NCBI GenBank assembly: GCA_014728075.1
Contig: WJMG01000075.1
Span: 4,262-68,261, forward strand
Direction: 5' to 3'
Length of the DNA stretch: 64,000 nt
Source of the DNA: Candidatus Omnitrophota bacterium
GTDB taxonomy: Bacteria; Omnitrophota; Gorgyraeia; Tantalellales; Tantalellaceae
The position numbers and the translations under genes are program-made. The notes under the pieces are model-generated. The model saw only the letters and a program-made list of their open reading frames with translations. It was not told the DNA's origin and did no database searches. Shown piece after piece: positions 38,014-45,805 of this stretch; within the stretch, counting starts at the first letter, position 1, and the number at the start of each line of letters is the position of its first letter.

Positions 38014-39360
38014 TTATTTGGATTCTGTCGCGAATATCTGGAACCCGGCATAGGACTCCATACCGTGTTCGCCTATATCCAGCCCTTTAAGCTGTTCCTC
38101 ATCGGAAGCCCTCAGGCCCATGGTCAGCTTAATAATACCGAAAAGCGCGAAGGCGGCCCCGAAAGTCCACAGAAAAACCGAACCCACACCTACGGCCTGC
38201 GTTATTAACTGGGACAGACCTCCACCGAAGAAAAGGCCGTTGGCTCCCCCGTAGGCCTCCTGGGCGAACAGCCCGACGGCAAGGGTGCCCCAGGCTCCGC
38301 ATACGCCGTGTACGGAGACCGCGCCGACGGGATCGTCGATCCTGAGGACCTTGTCGATGAACTCGACGCTGAAAACTACCAGTATCCCGGCTACCGCACC
38401 TATGATGATCGCGCTGGAGGGAGATACATTGGCGCAACCCGCGGTTATTCCGACAAGCCCGGCCAGCGCGCCGTTAAGCGACATACTGACATCCGGCTTA
38501 CCGAACTGCAGCCAGACCGTTATCATGGCCGCCACCGCGCCCGCGGCCGCCGCAAGATTGGTAGTAACCGCTATTACCGCTATGCTCAGGTCGGTACCGG
38601 CCGTCGTACTGCCGGCGTTGAAACCGAACCATCCGAACCACAATATGAACACACCGAGCGCGGCAAGAGGTATGTTATGGCCCTGTATGGCGTTGGATGA
38701 CCCGTCACTGTTATACTTACCGAGTCTTGGCCCCAGAAGCAGGGCTCCGGCGAGAGCCGCCCATCCGCCTACCGAATGCACTACGGTGGACCCGGCAAAA
38801 TCGATCATTCCTTTCGCCGAAAGCCATCCGCCTCCCCATATCCAGTGCCCCACTACCGGATATATAACAGCGGTAAGAAAAGCGCTGTAGGCCAGATAGG
38901 AAGAGAACTTGGTCCTTTCCGCCATCGCTCCCGAAACGATAGTGGCCGCGGTCGCCGCGAACACCGCCTGGAAGATCCAGAAAGTGAACTGCCAGAGACC
39001 GTCGGCGGTCGACGGGTCGGCACTGCTTAAAAAGAAACCGCTCTTTCCGAAAAGCCCGAAAGCGCTCGCCCCGAACATTATCGCGAAACCCACGGCCCAG
39101 TAAGCCAGTGAACCTACGGCGAAATCCATAAGGTTCTTCATCATTATGTTACACGCGTTCTTGGCCCTGGTAAACCCGGTTTCCACCATCGCGAAACCGG
39201 CCTGCATGAAAAACACCAGTATCGCGGCGAGAAGGGTCCACACGGTGTCGATAGCCACCGCGTTGGAAGCCGCTGTGGCCCCGTCATCCCCCCACGCCCG
39301 CGGCACCAGACCAAGGACCAGAGCCGGCATTATCCTGAGTATTTTACTTAACATCTTCAT
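38014..39360 (-). CDS. amtB: Ammonium transporter (second copy)
   Basis: FMQAGFAMVE, GAMAER, DFAGSTVVH, DDPVGAVSVH. Confidence 0.97.
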   Translation of the reverse strand: MKMLSKILRIMPALVLGLVPRAWGDDGATAASNAVAIDTVWTLLAAILVFFMQAGFAMVETGFTRAKNACNIMMKNLMDFAVGSLAYWAVGFAIMFGASAFGLFGKSGFFLSSADPSTADGLWQFTFWIFQAVFAATAATIVSGAMAERTKFSSYLAYSAFLTAVIYPVVGHWIWGGGWLSAKGMIDFAGSTVVHSVGGWAALAGALLLGPRLGKYNSDGSSNAIQGHNIPLAALGVFILWFGWFGFNAGSTTAGTDLSIAVIAVTTNLAAAAGAVAAMITVWLQFGKPDVSMSLNGALAGLVGITAGCANVSPSSAIIIGAVAGILVVFSVEFIDKVLRIDDPVGAVSVHGVCGAWGTLAVGLFAQEAYGGANGLFFGGGLSQLITQAVGVGSVFLWTFGAAFALFGIIKLTMGLRASDEEQLKGLDIGEHGMESYAGFQIFATESK

Positions 39361-39394
39361 GATATCCTCCTTCCCGTATCCTAATGGTACAGGA

Positions 39395-40222
39395 TCAATA
39401 AGAGAATCCTAATGTCACCCCGCCGAAGAACTCGTTCTCCTGCGCGTCGTTATAGGTATCCCTGTCCAGTATTACCGAATAGGAAACATTGGGCACCAGA
39501 TAAAAATGGTTGAAGAACGGTATTGTAACATCAAGCGACAAAAGCATATCGCTCCATCCGTGTTTATCCGTCCACTGTTCGTAATTGTAGCCGAAGGCAG
39601 CGCCTATATCGGCCGTGATATCGTTCCCCAGGTCAAAAGTATGTCCGCCGCCGAACTGGAGATATGAACCGTGGCCGGCTTCGACATCCCAGTACCAGGT
39701 AAAGAAAGGCTGGAGGAGAATGTCGTAAGAAGTTCCCACAAAGACCTCATGGGAAGTGGCTCCCTTCTCATCCAGGTCCATGTTGGGAAAAGTGTAAAAG
39801 GTATATCCCATCGAAATGCTCCACGGGTCCAGCGCCTCCGCGTCTTCAACGCCCATGTAACCCATCATCTCTCCGACGGAAAACTCGTAACTGGCTGTAT
39901 AATCAAGTTCAGTAAGCTCCTGGTACGACCCGTTCGCCTTGTCGCGGCTCATGCTGTAGTTCCCCCAGAGATCCAGAGTGAACCCGTATTTTGACAGGTT
40001 GACATCGAACTGCATTACCGGGGCGTCGACCAGGTTCTGCCCTCTCCAGATGTACTTGCTCATGAAAGCGGTGCTTGCGTCAAGATCGGGCATGCCCTCC
40101 GGCTTCGCGGGCAGATAATCCTCCTCCATGTCAAGTACGGCATGAGCGCTCGCGCACATTAAGGTAATCCCCGCAAAAAGCGTGAACGCCCTCAAAAAGA
40201 TCTTTTTCCTGAAACTGCACAT
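39395..40222 (-). CDS. Putative outer-membrane porin (TorF/MipA-like)
   Basis: Signal peptide, SKYIWRG, ELDY motifs, alternating beta-strand pattern, terminal aromatic residue (FSY). Confidence 0.7.
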   Translation of the reverse strand: MCSFRKKIFLRAFTLFAGITLMCASAHAVLDMEEDYLPAKPEGMPDLDASTAFMSKYIWRGQNLVDAPVMQFDVNLSKYGFTLDLWGNYSMSRDKANGSYQELTELDYTASYEFSVGEMMGYMGVEDAEALDPWSISMGYTFYTFPNMDLDEKGATSHEVFVGTSYDILLQPFFTWYWDVEAGHGSYLQFGGGHTFDLGNDITADIGAAFGYNYEQWTDKHGWSDMLLSLDVTIPFFNHFYLVPNVSYSVILDRDTYNDAQENEFFGGVTLGFSY

Positions 40223-40518
40223 GATACCCTCCTTCTTTTCGTTTTCGAGAGACTTTCTCCCCCTGATATGTAACATTCTTCCACCGACATGACCTCCAGG
40301 TCAAGCATTTTGATCCCTTTTCCGAACATGCGCTCGAAGTCAGATGTGATCCTCGGCAACTCCTCTCCCGTAACATATGCTTCTATTCTGACATCGAACC
40401 ATATTTCGGGGATTTCACCGAAGTCGAGGACCAGCATCCTTTTCACTCCGGCCCCGGAAAGTCTTGAAAGGACCGGGTCCAGCTCGGAGCGTTCGCACCT
40501 TAACTCGATCTTCTTCAT
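40192..40518 (-). CDS. Divergent PII-like protein lacking the T-loop
   Basis: AAGGAGG RBS; MKKIEL..L..V...L..AGV..M.V, RIEAYV..EEL, VEEC pattern parallels PII secondary structure. Confidence 0.55.
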   Translation of the reverse strand: MKKIELRCERSELDPVLSRLSGAGVKRMLVLDFGEIPEIWFDVRIEAYVTGEELPRITSDFERMFGKGIKMLDLEVMSVEECYISGGESLSKTKRRRVSCAVSGKRSF

Positions 40519-40536
40519 CCTTCCCCTCCTTTCTTT

Positions 40537-40702
40537 AAAAAAAAGCGCCCTGCCCCTTCCCGAATCTCCGGAAAGAGAGGACGCCCTTGTCAAAAAAGAC
40601 ATTCCTCCCGGAACGCCTTTGTCTGATAACATCTTTGTGTTCTTTTACCGTGCACTGCTACGTGCTCGATAATACAAGTAAATCCGGATACTTTCCGGTA
40701 AC
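40537..40702 (-). promoter_or_regulatory. Alternative-sigma-like promoter + four ANTAR-type hairpins + two terminators
   Basis: GTTACC-N14-TTTACTTGTATTATC; loops GTAGCA (40652-65), AAAGAT (40629-38), AAAGGC (40612-23), AAGGGC (40580-91); terminators 40592-40620 and 40537-40586. Confidence 0.8.
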
Positions 40703-41223
40703 TACATAAGCTCTTCCTTGAGCGCCGAGCATTTTTCCCTTATGTTCTTAGTTATCTTCCCCACCATTACATGCGAAACCCCTATTTTATCGCCTATCTC
40801 CCTGGTGGTGTAACCTTCCAACCTGTAGAAAAACACATTCTTTTCCCTTTCCGTGAACATTGACTCCGTTTCGTCCAGAAGAAGGTATATCTCCAGGGTC
40901 CCCGTATCCTTTGTATAACTATCGGAGACCAGGGTATCCTCGATGGTGATATCCTCCTCGATAGGGGTATACATGCTGATGGAATTCCTGTCCACGCTCT
41001 TGCATATTTTCCTTATATAGTTCTTCAGGAAGAAATATGACCCCTGAAGTATATAGCTGTCGGTCTTTCCTTCCAGCTCGCCGTTCTCGAACCTTAGCCA
41101 GAGGTCAAGAAGGGCTTCCTGAAAGAAATCGTCCTCGTCGCAGTAAGAATATCTGTTCCTTACCTTGTACGAAATAGCTCTTATCCTGGGCGAATATTTT
41201 GCGAGAACATCTTCGTAGCTCAT
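40702..41223 (-). CDS. Alternative (ECF/SigH-like) sigma-70 family factor
   Basis: Region 2 DDFFQEALLDLW; region 4 TEREK..EGYTTREIG..IGVS; start after AGGAGG. Confidence 0.88.
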   Translation of the reverse strand: MSYEDVLAKYSPRIRAISYKVRNRYSYCDEDDFFQEALLDLWLRFENGELEGKTDSYILQGSYFFLKNYIRKICKSVDRNSISMYTPIEEDITIEDTLVSDSYTKDTGTLEIYLLLDETESMFTEREKNVFFYRLEGYTTREIGDKIGVSHVMVGKITKNIREKCSALKEELM

Positions 41224-41250
41224 CCTGACCACCTCCTTTTTTGGCTTTAT

Positions 41251-41419
41251 AAAGAAAAAGCCCTTTCGGGTCCTTTTCAGGACCCGAAAGGGCTTCGATG
41301 CCTTAACCCGGCCGCGGGCTTTATGAACTAAAAAAGAGGCTTCCATTCCGGTAAGCCTCTTCGCGTTTTGTACATCCGTGTACGACTTTTATTATACTAC
41401 TTTCCCGGATCAAAGTCAA
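41251..41419 (-). promoter_or_regulatory. sigma70 promoter + ANTAR hairpins + tandem terminators (sigma-factor leader)
   Basis: TTGACT-N17-TATAAT; GTAC-ACGGAT-GTAC (41370-83); GC-GAAGAG-GC (41355-64) in terminator 1; GGC-ATCGAA-GCC (41291-302) in terminator 2. Confidence 0.82.
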
Positions 41420-41440
41420 CAACTATCGTCTTTCACAAGG

Positions 41441-42148
41441 TCACTTTTTACCGCCCGATATCTCGAAGGACAGTATAACGGCCTCTGCCACTTCCTTCAT
41501 GGAAATACGCTTGTTCATGCTGGACTTCCTCAAGAGCTTGTATGCCTCGTCCTCGGAAAGGTCCTGCTGCCTCATCAGAATACCCTTTGCTTTCTCGACC
41601 TTTTTCCTGGTCTCGAGCTCTTCCTGGATCACTTTGGTCTTTACCATCAGTTCTGTATTCTCTATCGCTACAGCCGCCTGGTTGGCGACGGCGCTCAGAA
41701 GTTCAATATCACTTTTGGTAAAATCGTGTTTCTCGACCGTGTAAACATTTATAACGCCTATGACCTTTTCCTTGACCATCATAGGCACGCTTAACATCGA
41801 AATAAGGCCTTCTTTCTTCGCGAGCTGCTTTTCCTTATACCTGTCGTCCTGGGAAACATCCTTTATAACAAGCGGCTCGGCTTCTTCGGCTACCAGGCCC
41901 ACTATACCCTCCCCCACCTTTATGGCCCTTTCTTTCAGATATTCCTGGCTCATTGCCTGCGTTGCCCTTATCCTGAGTTCCCCGGCTTCTTCGTCGAGAA
42001 GCCAGAGAGCGCATATTTCGGCCCCCATGACACCCGCGGTGAGATTAACGATCAGCTTAAGTATATCCTCGAGGTAAAGGTCGCTGGTTATAGCGTGGCT
42101 TATCCTGGTCAAGGTCGAAAGATATTCTTTTTCAGAAGATTTCGGCAT
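41441..42148 (-). CDS. GAF-ANTAR RNA-binding antiterminator
   Basis: N-terminal GAF (GEGIVGLVA, SVPM, IGVIN, QAAVAIEN); C-terminal RKKVEKAKGILM..SEDEAYKLLRK.SM..MKEVA ANTAR. Confidence 0.94.
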   Translation of the reverse strand: MPKSSEKEYLSTLTRISHAITSDLYLEDILKLIVNLTAGVMGAEICALWLLDEEAGELRIRATQAMSQEYLKERAIKVGEGIVGLVAEEAEPLVIKDVSQDDRYKEKQLAKKEGLISMLSVPMMVKEKVIGVINVYTVEKHDFTKSDIELLSAVANQAAVAIENTELMVKTKVIQEELETRKKVEKAKGILMRQQDLSEDEAYKLLRKSSMNKRISMKEVAEAVILSFEISGGKK

Positions 42149-42264
42149 GATTTTTCCCCGGTTTAAATATTTATCGCTGCCCTGTCCTCGGGCATTCTCG
42201 AAACATATCCCCCGCTTTCACCCGGGCTTCTTCGCCGCGGAAGTTCCCGGGACATTCCGAGTTT

Positions 42265-42297
42265 ATGAGTTACGGGCGCAAAGCGCCCGTAACTCAT
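42265..42297 (-). terminator. Perfect 15-bp hairpin after glnA (no U-tract)
   Basis: ATGAGTTACGGGCGC-AAA-GCGCCCGTAACTCAT. Confidence 0.55.
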
Positions 42298-42306
42298 GTG
42301 CTCATT

Positions 42307-44400
42307 TTACATCATGAAGAGCATTTCCGCGTAAGACGGGAGCGGCCAGATCTCGTCCGGAAGAAGTTCTTCCAGACGGTCGACGGCTACTCTGAGCTCG
42401 TTCATAGCGTCTATCTTTTCGGAAGCCTTGCCTCCAAGAGCGGCTTCGAGTTCCTTTATACCCTTGAGCATCTTCTCGGTCTCGCCGCCTACTTCCTTGA
42501 GAAGGTCCATAGTACCGTCCGACTTGCACCCGCATGTTTTCATGTCATCTATGGTCCCCGCGAGCGAAGACTGGTACTCCAGGGCTATGGGAACTATCAT
42601 TGTCCTGGCCATTTTGAGCGCGACACTGGCTTCGATAGTAATGGTCTCTTCATACTGCTCCTCGTAGATATCGTGCCTTGAAGCCAGCTCCTCGGGTGTG
42701 AGGACTTTATGTTTCTTGAACATCTCGATCACTTTAGGATCTTTTGTAGCTTCGAGAGCCGCTTCGGTGTTCCTCAGGTTCGGAAGCCCTCTCTTTTCGG
42801 CTTCCTTGTGCCAGTCTTCGGTATAATTATCACCGTTGAAGAGTATTCTTTTATGTTTTTTGACTATACCCTGAAGCACGACCTGTAGAGCTTCGTTAAA
42901 ATCCTTACCGGATTTCACATCAGACTCGAGTTCCGTGCATATCTCATCGAGAGCATCCGCGACTATAGTGTTAAGCACGATGTTAGGCCCGGCGCAGCTC
43001 TGGTTGGATCCCGGCGCCCGGAACTCGAACTTATTCCCCGTAAAGGCGAAGGGGCTCGTCCTGTTCCTGTCAGTCACATCTTTGGGAAGCTGCGGCAGGG
43101 AATCCACCCCGAGTTCAAGGAGATCCGCCTGCTTTGAGCTTTTTGCGCCACCCTTTTCTATCTGGTCGATTATATCCGTAAGCTGGTCTCCCAGAAATAT
43201 GGACAGTATCGCCGGCGGAGCCTCGTTAGCGCCCAGCCTGTGGTCGTTACCGGCGGTAGCTACCGAAGCTCTAAGCATCGGCGCGTTAGTATCGATCGCC
43301 TTCATGAGCGCGCATATCATGGTAAGGAACTTGGCGTTCTCGTGCGGATTATCCCCCGGGGAAAGCCAGTTCTTGCCGTCCGGACCGACCACCGACCAGT
43401 TGTTATGCTTACCCGATCCATTGACCCCGGCGTATGGTTTTTCGTGAAGAAGGCATACAAAACCGTGCTTTTCCGCCACCTTTTTCAGCGTCTCCATACA
43501 TATCATGTTGTGATCTATCGAAAGGTTCTGCTCCTCAAAAACCGGAGCTATCTCGAACTGCGCCGGACAGACCTCGTTGTGACGGGTCTTTGCCGGTATA
43601 CCCAGCCTCCAGAGCTCCCTGTCCAGATCGTCCATAAAGGACATGACCCTTGTCCTGATAGCTCCGAAGTAATGATCGTCCATCTGCTGGTGTTTAGCCG
43701 GGGCGCTGCCGAAAAGGGTCCTTCCCGTCTGTATCAGGTCAAGCCTGGCTTCGTAAAACGACCTGTCGACAAGAAAATATTCCTGTTCGGGGCCGAGGGT
43801 GGCGTAAGCTCTCTTGTCTTTAGTGTCTATACCGAAAAGCCCAGCCAGGCGGCATACCTGTTTTGAGAGAGCCGCGACCGACCTTAAAAGAGGTGTCTTC
43901 TTGTCAAGCGCTACCCCTGTATAGGAATAGAAAGCCGTCGGGATGCACAGGGTCGCCCCTATTTCCCCTTTCTTTATGAAAGCGGGCGAAGTCGGGTCCC
44001 ATGCGGTATACCCTCTGGCTTCGAAGGTAGCCCTGAGCCCTCCGGACGGAAAACTTGAAGCGTCCGGCTCGCCTTTAATAAGCTCATTGCCGGAAAATTT
44101 CATAATAACGCCGCCTTCCTGGTCCGGCTCTATGAAAGAATCGTGTTTTTCGGCCGTCGCCCCCGTGAGCGGCTGGAACCAGTGGGTAAAATGGGTCGCG
44201 CCCTTAGCGACCGCCCAGGTCTTCATGGCGTCGGCGACCTCGTCGGCTATGGAAGGGTCTATCGTCTTGCCTTCCTTTATTGTCGCGATAAGCGAACCAT
44301 ACGCTTTTTCCGAAAGGTAATTGCGCATGTTCTTGATGCTGAAAACATTCTCGCCGTAAATATCCGCTACCGACCTTACTCCCATTTCTTCCTTACACAT
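42307..44400 (-). CDS. glnA: Type III glutamine synthetase
   Basis: THWFQPLT, EPDASSFPSGGLR, GVNGSGKHNNWS, DRNRTSPFAFTGNKFEFR; ~700 aa. Confidence 0.97.
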   Translation of the reverse strand: MCKEEMGVRSVADIYGENVFSIKNMRNYLSEKAYGSLIATIKEGKTIDPSIADEVADAMKTWAVAKGATHFTHWFQPLTGATAEKHDSFIEPDQEGGVIMKFSGNELIKGEPDASSFPSGGLRATFEARGYTAWDPTSPAFIKKGEIGATLCIPTAFYSYTGVALDKKTPLLRSVAALSKQVCRLAGLFGIDTKDKRAYATLGPEQEYFLVDRSFYEARLDLIQTGRTLFGSAPAKHQQMDDHYFGAIRTRVMSFMDDLDRELWRLGIPAKTRHNEVCPAQFEIAPVFEEQNLSIDHNMICMETLKKVAEKHGFVCLLHEKPYAGVNGSGKHNNWSVVGPDGKNWLSPGDNPHENAKFLTMICALMKAIDTNAPMLRASVATAGNDHRLGANEAPPAILSIFLGDQLTDIIDQIEKGGAKSSKQADLLELGVDSLPQLPKDVTDRNRTSPFAFTGNKFEFRAPGSNQSCAGPNIVLNTIVADALDEICTELESDVKSGKDFNEALQVVLQGIVKKHKRILFNGDNYTEDWHKEAEKRGLPNLRNTEAALEATKDPKVIEMFKKHKVLTPEELASRHDIYEEQYEETITIEASVALKMARTMIVPIALEYQSSLAGTIDDMKTCGCKSDGTMDLLKEVGGETEKMLKGIKELEAALGGKASEKIDAMNELRVAVDRLEELLPDEIWPLPSYAEMLFMM

Positions 44401-44453
44401 GACTACCTCCTTGGATTGTATGACACACACTAAATTTTACTCTTTTTCGCCTG

Positions 44454-44650
44454 AAAAAGAAAGAACATCCTTTCCGGGCCGCTATAAAAGAAGCCTTAAA
44501 AGGATGTTCTTCCCTGAACTTCCCGTTTATCCCTCACAACAAAGTGGGGGTAAAAAGAAAAGGCACTCCCGTAAAAGGAATGCCTCTTTGCTTTCAAATC
44601 CGCACTGCTTCGTGCAGTTTTTATTTTACCCTATTCCTGAATTTTGTCAA
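44454..44650 (-). promoter_or_regulatory. sigma70 promoter + dual ANTAR hairpin + two terminators (glnA leader)
   Basis: TTGACA-N16-TAAAAT; GCAC-GAAGCA-GTGC (44602-15); GC-AAAGAG-GC (44582-91) overlapping terminator 44552-44590; second terminator 44454-44511. Confidence 0.8.
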
Positions 44651-44691
44651 CATCTTTTTTTGCCCGCTTTTCCCGCTTCTTCTGCCTGCCT

Positions 44692-44752
44692 TTTGTACCG
44701 GGTTCCGACCCCACTTTGTACCGGGTACGAACATAAAGCTGTAGCTGTCCCC
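44692..44752 (-). repeat. REP-like element, left flank of RAYT
   Basis: Minus strand GGGGACAGCTAC-N12-GTACCCGGTACAAAG-N9-AACCCGGTAC. Confidence 0.8.
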
Positions 44753-44856
44753 TCAGTTTTTTGAAAGAATTACATCAAAAAAGTTGTATCTAATAGTGAG
44801 GGGGGATATTTATACGATCGTGTAAAAATCAACACAACCAACAGGAGGTGCTCAAA

Positions 44857-45336
44857 ATGTCCAGAACGAAAAGAATACTTATCGACAACAGTTATTACCA
44901 CATAATAAACAGGGGAAATCGAAAAAAAGAGATCTTCAAACATGGATCAGATTACAGGCATTTTCTCTCTCTACTTAAAAAGGCGAAGAAAAAACATAAA
45001 GTAAAGATAAACGCTTACTGCTTAATGCCGAACCATATACATATCATCGCTTATATCCGGGAAGCAAAGACCATCTCCAGCTTAATGCACTATGTTTCCC
45101 GAAATTACGCCTCGTATTTTAATTCCAGATATGAAAAAGTAGGCCATCTTTGGCAAAGCAGGTTCAAGAGTTATCCTCTTCTCACGGAAGAATATTTGAT
45201 ACATGTGGCCAATTATATTGAAATAAACCCGGTAAAAGCAAAGATAGTGGATGACCCATCAAAATACACCTGGAGCAGTTACAATGAAAGATGCCTTATG
45301 CAAAAACAGTATCTTCTGGATCCTATTACGGTATAG
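44857..45336 (+). mobile_element. REP-associated tyrosine transposase (RAYT, Y1/HUH)
   Basis: YHIINRGN, YCLMPNHIH (HUH), GHLWQSRF, YIEINPVKA, YTWSSY; AT-rich relative to neighbours; no tnpB. Confidence 0.92.
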
Positions 45337-45392
45337 GGACAGGTACAAGTTCAGATCGGTACCCGGTACAAAGCTGACACGGTACCCGGTAC
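45335..45392 (+). repeat. REP-like element, right flank of RAYT
   Basis: AGGGACAGGTAC-N12-GTACCCGGTACAAAG-N9-TACCCGGTAC, inverted relative to left flank. Confidence 0.8.
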
Positions 45393-45399
45393 TGTTTTG

Positions 45400-45714
45400 T
45401 TACTTCCGTATCATCACCAGCACCATCTTAACCCTTTCCGGCGCACTCACGGAATGAGGGACATCCGCCGGCATTATTATGGACTCGCCCGCCGATAGCC
45501 CGTGCTTCTCACCGGCTATGGTGACTTCCGCGCGGCCGTCCACCACATTGACAAGAGCATCGAAAGGCGCGGTGTGCTCACTGAGCCCCTGATCCTTGTC
45601 AAAAGCGAAAACCGTAACGGTACTTTCCTTGTCTATTATCGCCCTGCTGACCACGGACCCTTCCTGGTAATCTATAAGGTCGCCGTATTTGAACACTTTA
45701 GCTTTTATATCCAT
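45400..45714 (-). CDS. Cupin domain protein
   Basis: FAFDKDQGLSEHTAPFDA, MPADVPH. Confidence 0.9.
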   Translation of the reverse strand: MDIKAKVFKYGDLIDYQEGSVVSRAIIDKESTVTVFAFDKDQGLSEHTAPFDALVNVVDGRAEVTIAGEKHGLSAGESIIMPADVPHSVSAPERVKMVLVMIRK

Positions 45715-45805
45715 TTCAACTCCTTTCCACAGCGTCGAGCGTAAAGAAAACCCCGCCGGTCCGATACGGCGATACATCTCACCTCTTCAAGCTGAACGCT
45801 AAGGG

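Noticed and set aside
41224-41346. N-terminal extension of the sigma factor (similarly 40519-40632 for the PII-like ORF)
   Set aside because: These stretches are terminator/ANTAR leader RNA; strong RBSs precede the internal ATGs
44692-45392. CRISPR-like repeats or an IS200/IS605 element with TnpB
   Set aside because: Only short inverted flanks, no regular repeat-spacer array, no cas or tnpB; protein motifs are RAYT-type
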